Assembly: GCA_036867785.1 (NCBI GenBank)
Contig: CP145415.1
Coordinates: forward strand, 186,001 to 250,000
Length of the DNA stretch: 64,000 bases
Origin: Plasmodiophora brassicae
Lineage: Eukaryota
Direction: 5' to 3'
Shown: in pieces, positions 1 through 11,836 of the stretch
Numbering within the stretch: the first letter of the stretch is position 1
Layout of the letters: each line of letters opens with the position of its first letter
Position numbers and translations under genes: made by a program
The notes under the pieces: generated by a model
The model's database searches: none
Seen by the model: only the letters and a program-made list of their open reading frames with translations
What the model was told of the DNA's origin: nothing

Positions 1-174
1 CAATACCTGTACACGATCCCGGACTCGCAAGGGGCCTCGAAGAACATCGACCAGCTGATCATCAACAACCTCGAGTTCAAGCAGCGCCTCCGGGATGCGT
101 TCTCCCCGCAGATCCTCGCATCGAACATCCCGCTGCCCACCGGCAACCTTCAGCACAAACAATCGGTACGCTGA
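1..174 (+). CDS. 3' end of an unidentified protein-coding gene (truncated by window edge)
   Basis: Open frame from base 1 (QYLYTIPDSQGASKNIDQLIINNLEFKQRLRDAF...SVR*) with strong C/G third-position bias, ending at TGA 172-174. Confidence 0.55.
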   Translation, partial: QYLYTIPDSQGASKNIDQLIINNLEFKQRLRDAFSPQILASNIPLPTGNLQHKQSVR

Positions 175-529
175 CCGGCGGCATGCCTCGCAATCGTCAG
201 TGGCAGATGAATGATTCGACCGACCACAGCGCCAGTTCTAGGCAAGCGCCCGCACGTTCCACCAGCCCTACAGAATAGGTTTGCACACACTGGACAACAG
301 AAGGTGATGTGCAAGCCGACGCCAAGCCTGAGGACAGACCACCCCTGATACGAGACGTGTTGCCATAAACTGTTTCTCGCAGTTCGACGACGATGTCGAC
401 CTGGCTGAATAAGAAAGTGTAGACGATGGAGGCGGACGACTTTGCCCAGTTGACTTCACCGGGGTCGCCGATCCCGAATAGCCATGCTACTCCCACGAGT
501 GCGATCGTGTTGGCGTTTTACTTAGAAGG

Positions 530-2221
530 TCAGTGTGCAATAACATTGAGCGGTACGTCGAATTCGCCTTCCTTGCTGTTCAGCGGGTACGACAAGGACT
601 GATCCAGGCTGAGGGACATGAGGAACAGGACGGTGGCCGCGGCGCAGAGGAAGACGAACGCCAGGTAGGACTGGCCCTGGTCAGCCATGAACGTCCAGAC
701 GACGCCGATGAAGACGGGGCCGACCGCCCGAGCACCACTGCCCAGCGTCTGCCCGAGCCCATTGACCTGGCCGCGAATCTCATCGCTGGACGCGTTGTTC
801 ACCATCAGGATCGATGACGTGAACGACATGCTCTGCGGGGCCATGACGATGACCATGACGGGGATCAGGAACGCGAACCGCGCAAGGCCCGCCGGGATGA
901 ACGACGCCAGCACGGGCATGCCCACGAGGATGATGGCGAACCCGGTGCCGATCTTCATCAGCGTCACAGCACCGTAGGCTCGGGCCAGCCTCGGGTAGCA
1001 GACCAGCTGGAACAGGAACAGGCCGGCTCCCTGGACGGAGAAGCAGATGCCGATCACGGTGGACGAGAAGTCCAGGCCGCCGATGACGCCCGTCGCCCCG
1101 AAGAAGATCGGCAGAAGCTCGATGTAGCAGATGTTGACGAAGCAGAGCGCGCCATACAGCCCCGTCGTCTTCAGGACGTTCGGGTGCTTCCAGAACTTTG
1201 CCGTTGACGACGACGACGACGACGCCACCTCCACAGGCGCCGCCTTCGCCGCCTGACGCCTCCTGCGGAACGACGCCGTTTCAGGCAACCAGAAGTAGGC
1301 GATCACGGTGATGGCGAACGCGATCGCTGCGCTAAACGAGAACCGTTAGACTAACGACGAGTACGTGTCGGTGAATCGCCGGCCGACCTGGTTACGGCGG
1401 GCAGGAACGCGTAGGGCATCGACGTCATTCGTCCGCCGAGGAGCCCGCCGAGCGACGGGGCGAACGAACTCGCTGCACAGTAGACCAGGGACAGCATGCT
1501 GTACGCCCAGGCCTGGTTCTCCCGTGTCGTCACCTCGCCGAGGTACGTCTTGAGGATCCCGAGCTGGGAACAGCAGGCAGGGTTAGTACCTAAAGCGACA
1601 CCGCAGATGGGCGGCGACTGACGTTTCCGGACAGGAACCCGGTCAGGAAGCGCCAGAAGACGGCGGAATAGAACGATCGGGCGATGCCGAACATGGCAAC
1701 GCTGCAGGCGGACAGCGCCAGCCCGAGCAACAGGACGGGGCGACGACCTGTTGCGTTCACGGTTGTCAGGCGGAACCGTCCGCCGCGACCGCAACGACAA
1801 TTGTACCTAATCGGTCGCCGAGGTATCCCCATGCCCACGAGGACACAAATGATGCCAGGAAGAACGACGACGCGAGAATGCCGACGTACGTGCCTTCCGA
1901 TGCCTCGCCGCGCGCCCCTGCAACAGCCTCTTCCCTGACGGAACTTTCAGGTCAGCCAACGACGACGACGACGACGATGCACGATGCCAACGTTGGGAAG
2001 AACTCGCGGACCTGGAACAGAAAGATGGGGAACATCATGGTGATGACGATGCCCTCATGGAGCTGCACGAGCGATAGGATGATGTACAGCTTCAGCGTCA
2101 TCGACGACACGCCGTCGACGGCATTGTCGTCGCGTTTCGCGGGCGAACCGGGGGGCGATCCAACGCGATCCTGGCCGTCAACTTCATCGAGCGTGACGTT
2201 GCGCACCTCCTCCTGACGCAT
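530..2221 (-). CDS. Major facilitator superfamily transporter (ZIFL/TetA-like), multi-exon
   Basis: Exons give MFS motif A (WGYLGD..GRRPVLLLG), WRFLTGFLSGN, KTYLGEVT and RGQVNGLGQTLGSGARAVGP, with many hydrophobic helices. ATG taken at 2221. Confidence 0.88.
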
Positions 2222-2454
2222 CGGCACGCGGGCCGGCCTCCCCCCGTGCGATGCGATCACACGCACCGGGCACGCAACTGTGGACGGGTGCCAATGAAGG
2301 AAGGCACTCAACTGCGCGCGCGCGGGGCCGGCGCCGGCGGCGGCCCAAGTCCGTAAACTGCGTCACGGACTCCGCGGCGCCGTCGCCCGGGGGCCTGGCG
2401 CCATTCACTCATTCGATCATCGCCGGGCAGCGTTGCCACATTCCTGTCGGTGTA

Positions 2455-3631
2455 TCATTGTGGCAGGCATTCCGGTGGTTGCGGGCCGGCGTCGGACGCG
2501 TCCTTGTAGAGCGGGCGGTGCTCTTTGCAGGCGCGAATGCTCTGGACGCAGGCGCCCACGTCGCGGTACGCGTACGAGCAACGCGTGCGTAGCGCGATGG
2601 TGTCTGGCGCCGTCGGGTTCCTGTACGAGAAGTACTTTTTTCTGGGCGTGCCCCAGACGTCCAGGGATAGGTCGAGGTGGATCGCCCCTTTGTTGCGCAG
2701 GCAGGTCGCGATGGGCTCGGGAACGTACGCCGATATCAGCGTGGGTTCGAGCTCGTCTTTCAGGTACCAGTAGCTGGCGTCGTAGTTCACCGGGGAATCG
2801 TGGCCGCCGTTGTGAACGCGAAGGCCCCGGTACTCGAGGATGTGGTCGACGTAGGCCGCCGCCTTGTAGATGTTGATCAGCGCCGACGCGTGCCACGACT
2901 TGTTGTCGAACGTCTCGATCAAGGGCGTCAGGTAGTCAAGCGTTTCGCGATGCTGGGCGTTGAACAGGGCGTCGAACGAGAACACGGACCATACCGGCGG
3001 GTCGTTGCCCCGAACGCTCTCCACGGCCGGGGTCCGCATCACGTAATAGACATCGGTGAGGCCAATGGCCGGCTGCCACTCCAGCAGGAAGTCCTCCCAC
3101 TTGTGCAACGCGTCCCGCTCCGGTTTCGTCTCGAACACGATGTCGTCGTCCATCCAGATCCAGTACATGAACCGGTGCTGGAGTTTCGCCTCGAGCTCGC
3201 GCCCGTACTGCCCGAGTCGATTCCGGCAGGTCGTCATGGTCGAATCGGGGAAGTAAATGTCAGCCGTCGGATCGTTATCCTTCCAGTTCAGGACGACGAC
3301 GCGCGACCGCTCCGACGTCAGGATCGCTTCCAGCGCCGCGGGACGGCCCGTCCTAGCCGTCATCAGGTATAGAAAGTACGGCGACGTGTACGTGTACGCG
3401 TCAGGCTGTGCGTTGGTGGCAGGGGGCGACGCCGTCGATTGAGTTTCAAGTTGTTCAGACGACCCGGCTGTTGCGAGCTCCAGCGAGACGGACCTGCATG
3501 CGCCGTGATTTCAGGGCGCCTCACGTCGACAATGGCGGTTCGCATGCGTGCACCGACAGATACAGAATGCCGGTCACCAGGCTGACGACGACAATGACCC
3601 AACGCAGGCGGCCCAGCGTCGACGATGACAT
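2455..3631 (-). CDS. Type II membrane protein, probable glycosyltransferase (DxD motif)
   Basis: ORF 2455-3363 contains YWIWMDDDIVF. An upstream exon (ATG 3631, MSSSTLGRLRWVIVVVSLVTGIL) supplies a signal anchor through a plausible phase-2 GT-AG intron. Confidence 0.55.
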
Positions 3632-3768
3632 TGGCGGTTGCGACCTGATGTGGACGCAATAAGGGGGCCGCGTTGCCAGTCAGGCCCAGCGAACCGCGTT
3701 TGGGAGGACGCATTCGAAAGGGTTTGTGCTATTTCTGGGGTTTTATGTGGATTAATGAAATCGCTCGC

Positions 3769-5293
3769 CTAATTGATGGTCTGGGAACTCGGTTTCTTTG
3801 ACGTGTGTTTCGACGCTCCGAAGAGGTCGATATGGGAGAACCGGCACTCGTTCGACTCGTTCATGAATTCGTCCCAGATATCCGGGTTGTCGCGCTGGAA
3901 CCTGCCCAGGGAATTGTCGCACATCAGCATGAGGACCTGTGTGCACGCCGGGCGAAACACGTCGCCTCGCAGCAGATGCGCCGGCCAGGCGTGAACGGCC
4001 GATATCGGGGCGACCGCCCGACGGCTCTGGTTGCGGATGGCCGCCTTGGCCAACGTGCCCACTACGTCGAACGCCTGCCGGATGCTGGCGCTGATATTGA
4101 TCTCGAGCGGGCTCCCGCGGCAGATGTAGGTCTTCCAGATCAGGAACGCCTTGTCGGGCGAGTCTGGCGATGGGTACCGTTGACGGTAGGCCTCGGCATC
4201 CCTCCAGAACAGGAGATTTTCTACACAGATCTCGTCTTCCAGTTGCTTTCTGATTGCCACGCCGTCCAGTTAGAATACATTCTCGTATAGGCATCCGTAC
4301 CGAATACAATACCGAAACGCGCTGTAACGACGGTCGGATGACTGCAGGAATCGTTCCAGAGTGCCCGCGAGTGACACCTGGTTCGCTGGCAGTAGAACCT
4401 CATTGGAATGCGGCAGATACGTCTGATAGATGGGCACCGCTAGACACCTAACGTTAATCGAGGATATGAGCTGGCCAATCGTACGTCACTGTTCGGGACA
4501 GGTACCGAAAAAGAACATAGTCAACGGCAACGACGACAAATAACATGGACAAGAGCATGTGCGGCTGGAACGTGTTCAGGAGCCGGTTCAGAAACGCAAT
4601 GTAGGCCAGCATCCCGAGTGACGACGGTATCGCGATCGCCACCAGGATGGACTTGACGCCGAACTTGTCGACGATCAAACGCAGGCGGACAGACAGGACG
4701 GCCATGGATACGGACTGGACCATAAACTTGCCAAAGTAAACCAAGGAGAGCCGTGTGAAGCCGGTCATCGACAGGTACGCGTCGAGGAACGGAGTCGTCA
4801 GCAGATCCGGGCATGCCGCGAATACGTACACTATCGCACAGCATAGCATTACGAGGCAGCTCATCGCCATCAAGCTGCCGATGCCCAGCGGGGAGAGCAA
4901 CCATGACAGGCGACGAATCCTCGCCAGGCGACGATGGAACTTCTCCGAATCATGAACGGTAGTACTGATGTCGTCGGCCAGGCAGACTTGCGCGTGTGTT
5001 CGCTGATACGCAAAGTACAGGGACGCGGCGAACATCGTAAAGCTGTCGAACACCGCGTTCTGAAACGCGAACATGATCAGCGTTGGCGCCAAGGCCATCA
5101 TGCGTTGCCGGCCAGCAAGACTGGCCACAGCGCACATCGACAAGGAGTGCAGGCACAGGCAGCAATTGCAGGTGAATAGCAACCACGGCCGAATATTTCT
5201 AATCGGTTGCAGGTGACGTCGCCGCCAGAACAGCACCAGGCCCGTTGTGTACGCCATCACGTGACAGACGGTGACGGGAACCCACAGCAACAT
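3769..5293 (-). CDS. 7TM-RGS protein (seven-transmembrane domain plus C-terminal RGS domain)
   Basis: Hydrophobic multi-pass ORF (LFWRRRHLQPIRNIRPWLL...) joined by two GT-AG introns to an RGS signature: AFRKQLEDEICVENLLFW...IWKTYICRGSPLEINIS. Confidence 0.8.
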
Positions 5294-5679
5294 GCCTGCT
5301 CCGGCACCATCGTCCACCATCACTACTAGTACGCTTTCGGTGACCCCTAACCCGTCTGGCACCATATCTCCGCCTGGGTACTCGTTTGGGCATTGGCGAA
5401 GTCGAGGGTGCCGCACAGCAGGGCATCTGAGCTGACCCAGAACACCGGTCTACAGCGATTCACAGAAACCGTTGCCACTGATCTACCTACATTGTTCCTT
5501 CAGCGGAATCTGTCGTAGTGACGCATCAGGCCCTTTTACGTACAGGCAGGTTGGCCAGCAATGGAAGTTCCCTGCCAGACGCCGTTAGCGCCTGGCGTGC
5601 GCTTCCCGACGGGTCGAATTCGATGGCCCGACAACGCCCCACAGACGTCGGAGTACGATACGGTTAAGGGAGAACGACG

Positions 5680-8123
5680 TCAGTGGACGAGCTGGGTGGC
5701 GATCGTCACCTGCGGGCGATGGGAACGGGGCCGCGAGTGCCCCGTTTGCGCCCCAGTACCGTCAACGCGGACGGCAACCCGTTCGCCGTTCCGCCCGGCC
5801 ACGACGAACACCTTCTCGTCGGGGTCGTCCAGCGACTGGAACGCCGGGTGCAGGCCGCCGATGAGCTTCCTGCGATCGCTGTCGTCATGCAGCTGAGCGC
5901 GGCCGTTATGTACCAACGCGTCGACAGCATGCGGGTCGAGCAACGCCTGGGGCAGACCATGCGCCAGACAGGCACGTTGCTCCGCGTCGGCGACCAGGTC
6001 GGGGTCGGCGTGTTTCATCAAGGATTCCAGCATGGCTCTCGTGCGAGGGGCTCCGGCGATGACGTCCGGGAACACGTTGGCAATGACATGCGCTGCGTTG
6101 GAGACGGCGATGGCCGCCAGCTGGCCCATCAGCCGACCGGGACTGATCGTCCTCAGGTAATCGAGGATGAGTTCGCCCTGCGCGACGGCGTCGAACAACG
6201 GCTTCTGCTTCGCCGCCGGGCAGGGGACCGCCCGTGCCCAGAGCTTTCGCCATGGATTGTGGTGCTGGTCGCCATCGCTCATGCGCTGCGACAGGCGCCC
6301 GTCGACGAAATCGTTCGGGCTATACCAGCGCACGAAGTCGACGAGGCGAGCGCCCGGGTTCGCCGCCTTGAACGCCGACATGTCGGACGCCAACGACGCC
6401 GACTGCAACTCGGCGCGAACCTTGCTGGATTCCGGGTCGGTGCCCAGCCCCGCCAGCATCTCGTGCTGCGCCTCGACCTGGTCCTCGGTCAGCAGCGGCT
6501 GCTCCAGCGTGATCGGCACGTGCATGGGCCGCTGCGTGCCCAGCAGCGTCGTGCCCGGCGGCATGTGCACATCGCGGTTGACCCCGACCGGCTGCTCCAT
6601 TGGTGCCTCCTGGACGGCATCGTCCTCGGTCACCTGGGCGTCGTCGTCGTCACCGCTGCTGCCACTGCTGAAATCCAGCATCTGGCACAGACGCATCAGG
6701 AATGCGCCCAGCAATGCGATCGGTCCCAGGTGTACCTTTCGGGAAGCGGCGGGGGACACGACCTGCGGCCGCTGGTCGACAGACACCCGTCGTATCTCAA
6801 TGCAGCGGGCAAGGACCTGAAGCTTCTGGTGGACGATGCAGGACGACATGTCAGGGACAGTGCCGTCGTCGGGGAGCGGGATCGGCAGGCACCGATCCCA
6901 GAGCTGCTGAAGCTCGGTGACGAACGCCAGGTAGATCTGCGCCAGGCGGTGCGGTTCGCCGCCGTACCGCTGCATGACGAAGACGAGGTTGGACAGGATC
7001 GACCGGAATGGGCACGCCTTCGTCGGGTTGTTGCTGCTCGAGAAGCGCGACGCGCTCAGCGCCGGGTCGGTGAACACGGCCTTCACCTCGTGCTCGACGA
7101 CGTACAACGGCGTGAATGACCGGTCCAGGTTCGCGATATCCTGCAACGTCTCGCACGATTCGCATTTGCGACACGTTGCCACGAACGTGGCCAGCTTCCG
7201 CGACAGGCGAAGCGCCGGGCCCGGTCGCAGGCGGGCATGAACTATGAAGCTGGTTAGCACGCCCGCCAGCAGCAGAGCAAACGTCATCGTTCACCTTCCC
7301 AGACCGGGGCACTGAGCGGTTGCAGGTCGCTGAAGATGGCGCTGTCAACGAATGTGCCCTCCCTATGCGATCACGTTGTCAGCGACAGTGATGTGGGCTG
7401 GCGACGACGTGTACGGGAAGGGAGTCCAGTGGACGTTCAGGTGGAAGACGATCGGGTGCGGAGGCATGATGCCCCAGTGCTCGCCGACGTCGTTGCAGAA
7501 GCCTCCGGTGCGGCACTGTGGCACTGGTACGAACATGCCCTGCCCGTACCGGTACGTGACGGACACCAGCGCCTTGCCGGGCGTCTTGGTGCATTCGTGG
7601 AACAATTCCGTGACGCCGCTGAGCGTGCTCAGCGACGGGGGACCGGGGTCCAGCGTCTCGACCTGCAGCAGATGAACAGGGTCGATGCAGTGCCCGATCA
7701 GCATGTTGTCAGCGGGTGCCGCTAGGATCGGCACCGGGAAACCCACGTTGCAGGCCGCCATACAGGCCGCCGACAGGACGTACCGGGCGTGATCGGCCGA
7801 TCGAGGAACGACGAGGACGTACTTGCCGATATCGAACATCGACACCAGATCGTCGTCATCGTCATGATTGTCTGCATCGTCGGACGCGATATGGAACTCA
7901 ACGTCAGCATCGACGCCCGACTGGGTCAGGAACTGGGACGCGCGCCCCGCCGGCGTCGACGCCCAATCCTTGAACAGGCCTTCGAACAGCGCGACCCAGC
8001 TGTGCCACACGACGGGCGTTACCAGCGGCAGCGTCGTGGGGCGCGCGACGCTCACCGCTCGAGGTCGGACGCGACAAAGAAATCGTCAATCTCGAACACG
8101 TCGTCTTCGTCGACGACGATCAT
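5680..8123 (-). CDS. RAB3GAP1: Rab3 GTPase-activating protein catalytic subunit
   Basis: N-terminal FEIDDFFVASDLER/W; core SDMSAFKAANPG..LVDFVRWYSP, RLSQRM, W.KLW..A.P.PA.KQKPLFD. Confidence 0.88.
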
Positions 8124-8318
8124 GCCGGAGTGTGACAGGCGCCGCGCTTGCGCCAATCGGCCACTGACGCACTTTCCGACCTGCAGTCGCGCATCGCGCA
8201 CTACGTTCCGTTTTGCGCGACGCTGCGGCCAGACTGGCTTGAGTGGCTTCGTCGATCCCGTCTCTGTATTGAAACGCGCGCACGTTGGACAGGCGCAAAG
8301 GGACGAAACCGTTCCGAT

Positions 8319-11149
8319 TCAGCAGCGGATTGCAGCGCCCGCGGGCAGTCCCCATAAACGGCCGCAGGCCAGCAGGGTCGGCGTCCTCATCGCCGCCGGG
8401 GAATCACAGATCGGGTTCCCCGTGAGCACACTGCGAAACGCGTGAGCGAAAGGCTGCAGGGCCCGGCGGCCACAGCGACGACGAAGCATACAGTGTTCTT
8501 AGCGACGCGAGCCCGTTGAACGCGCCGCCGTCAACCCGTGTGATTCGATTCCTGCTCAGATCGCTGCCCACAGAGCATGCGCCAGTCAGTGCTCGACAAC
8601 GGGGCGCAGGCGACAACCGTTCGTACAGGAAGGTCAGGGACGTCATGCCGCTGAATGAGTCCTGCGCGATGACCTCTAGTTCGTTCATCCACAGAGTACT
8701 AGCGGAACGGCAATGATAAGCGTGTGCGGGCCGGGACGACCAGGTTCTGTTCGATGATACGTACAGTTTGGTTAACGACGACAGGCCGTCGAACGCGCCT
8801 TCCTCGATTGTCCGGATACGATTTCGAGACAATACGCTGCGAAACGTTGCATTGGCGGGTGGCACTCCACAGACGTGAACACAGCATACGTACAGATGCG
8901 CCAGGGACCGCAGGCCACGGAAACGGCCTCCCTGGACCACCTGAATCCGATTGCTCTCCAGATCACTGCGAAACATCGCGATCGGGTCAGCACATTCGTT
9001 TGGCAGTTACTCAGGTGATGGCGTACGTACAGGTACTGCAGCATCGGCAGGCCAGAGAGCGCGCCGATCTCGATCGAACCAATGCTATTGCTCGTTAACT
9101 TGCTGTGCGACGCTCATTAGTATACGGGTGTTGATTGAAGCGGCCTAGCAGGAGAACCCCGGCTGACACGTACAGAAATTTTAGAGATGACACCCCGCGG
9201 AACGCGTCCTTGCCGATTGACGGGAACCGATTATTCTCCAAGTACCTTTCCTCAACATCAAACAGTCAGACGGTCGGCTTTCGTGTGCCGCGTGGTCGGA
9301 GGAGCAAGTCCCGAAGTGGGTCCTCCACTCAATCCTCGAAATGAATTTCGCTACATACAGGAAGTCCAGCGAAGGCGCTCCCTCCAAGGCACCGGACTCG
9401 ATCGACTGGATTTGGTTCCCGTCCAACCATCTGCCCGAATCGTAAGTGACCGCTTTCGGCACCACACTAGTTCATACAGAGTCTTTAGCGCCAGCAGTCC
9501 ATCGAACACACCCTTTTCGATCGTCTGGATACGATTGCCAGACAATGATCTGTGCACAGAGGTCAGCTGACATCTGCGTGTATCGCCCCGGTCAACAGGA
9601 CACGCAAACAGTTTGGTCAGGCGCGCCAGGTCGTTAAACGCGCTCTTGGCAATGGAGTGAATGCGATTGTTCTGCAGCCGACTGGACAATGGTCAAATGG
9701 TCAGTTCGTTGTGGTTTGACGTGGTATATCGGGCTGCGGCAGTACGTACAGCAGAGTCAGGGCCGCCATACCGTCCAGAACGCCCTTCTCGATTAGCTCC
9801 AGACGGTTACCCTGCAGGTACCTTTGCATTGTGTTGAGTCGTTGACATATTTCGCAAGCGCTGCGTGGTTCATGTTGCACATACAGATGCTGCAGCGATG
9901 GCATGCCTTCGAAAGCGTTCTTCTCGATAGACTGGATTCGGTTGCCGTCGATCGATCTGGACAAAATCCGATGAACGTCGTTGCCACGAGCGTTAACTCG
10001 GCGATACGTACAGCGTGGCTAGGGACGGCATCGCATTGAACAGGCCCTTTCCGATGGATGGAACCAGATTGCTGGAAAGTTCTCTGCGCAGCGTTTCAGC
10101 TCTTGGCATTGGATAGACGCGTGTCAACAACAATCGAGAGACGATACGTACAGGTATGTCAGCGATGTCAGCCCACGGAAAGCGTCTTTGTGTATACAGT
10201 GGATCTTGTTGTCCTGCAGATACCTATGGACAGGCCAGCCCACAATTGTCACCGCCTGGGACACGCGACGGAGTCGATGACGTACAATGTGGCCAGGTTT
10301 GCGAACCCGGTAAAGGCCCACTCCTTAACAGACTCGATGTTGTTGCCACGAAGGTCTCTAAAAGCACGCGCCTCTCAGCCGTTGTAGAATAATCATGGAG
10401 CAGCCCAAAGCTGGTGCCATACACTGATCGCGAAGACGGCACTGAGCTGTTCGAAAACCATTCGCTCGACAGATGGCCCCAAAGGGCTTTCGACACGCAC
10501 GGGTTACCCCTGACGAGACTCTCGATGCACTTGCTTTGAAAGTCTCTCTTGGCCATTCGGGTTGCGATATCACAGGCGACGTGGACTGGGAGCGGTACGC
10601 CAACGCTGCGCTGAACAGTTAGTCGAAACCAAACATGGTATTGCCGCCGGGTTCAACGAGTACCTTGCGGAAGAGTTCTTTATAAACTCGACAACTCGAG
10701 AAGACGAGCACGTGCCGGGTTTCGATGGGTCCGCATTAATGGCATCAGCCAAGCGATCCATCAGCTCTTGAACGTCCAAGTAATCGGCGAGCATTACCAT
10801 AGCGTACAGCTTCCACCGGGCATTACTGGATGGCAGACGGCCGTGTTGCAGATACCGTGATATCTGCAGACGCGACAACAATTGATATATTCGCCATGAC
10901 GGCATCTCAGTACGGACGTCGTACCATCCCAAATTCCTCCATGCTGACATGTGGCATTGGGATGATCCCGGCACTGCCTGCAGGGTTGTCGAACAGACTT
11001 CGAAGCAACCCTGAAGTTTCCATGGCAGCTGACACGTTCATGCGCGCAACTGCACCACCGACCAGTTCGAAACGAACAGACGCGGCCGCGCTCACCATCA
11101 ACGGCCGCATGAAGAGACCGAGAAGACTCAGAAGGAGCGGGAACAGCAT
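8319..11149 (-). CDS. Secreted Skp1/BTB-like + LRR protein, paralog A (14 single-LRR exons)
   Basis: Signal peptide MLFPLLLSLLGLFMRPLMVSAAA. Skp1-like SGLLRSLFD...IIPMPHVSMEEF..ISRYL...LYAMVMLADYLDVQELMDRLADAI. Fourteen 72-nt phase-2 exons each encode xLxxNxIxxIxxxAFxGLxxLxxL. Last exon LTGNPICDS...IRC*. Confidence 0.8.
8492..10357 (-). repeat. Array of 14 LRR-encoding 72-nt exons (paralog A)
   Basis: Exons at approximately 8492, 8627, 8765, 8895, 9030, 9174, 9358, 9478, 9610, 9750, 9885, 10012, 10152 and 10286, each bounded by ag| and |gt. Confidence 0.85.
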
Positions 11150-11836
11150 TCGTGGTGCCCCACCCGAATGTGAACAGCCGTCAGGGGTTAAGAACGAGCA
11201 GCTGGCCTTGGGACGTACTTCGTCCGACAATCTCTACGGTTCATTCGACGACCGCATGACCCGACCGCGGACCGCGGAAGAGGTCACTCGGTCTGGCCAG
11301 AAATAGTTCACGAAACTGCGGGTTCTGCGCAGAAACACCGACCTGCTGATGGGACACCGTTGTCGACCCCTATGGCAGCACCCGCTGCAAGCGTACCCGT
11401 TATCATGCCGCGTACTGGAAGCAAGCGTTTCCCATAAATGTCACCAATAGATGCGCAACTTCTACCAGCGGCTGTTGCCCAATTATGCTGTAAACATCGG
11501 AAGCCACATTGCAGTAGAAATGACGAAAAGGCAAGTCGACTGAGAGAATAGGCTCGACGAGCGTGGATGAGAGGAAATGACGAGAACCTGAATGTTCATA
11601 AACCTCGTACGGGGGCGAACAAAGAAACAACCGTGCTAGCTTGATGCCAGATCAGGTTGCCGTCTGATACTCTAGTGGGAGTAATTCGTGCTAGATTACA
11701 CATGATGAGCTGCGCGGCTGTTGCCCCCAAGCCTATGATTACGCAGGGATATATTCCTGCGTCATTGGCTGTTTATTCTGCGTGCAACTCTATGGCATAT
11801 ATAACGCTGTGGTCTCGCCGTTGACAATGGCCAACA

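Noticed and set aside
5683-7119. Long antisense ORFs (also 2677-3372, 18634-19698, 60579-61586)
   Set aside because: Shadows of GC3-rich genes on the opposite strand, with V/D/Q/H/R-rich composition and no motifs.
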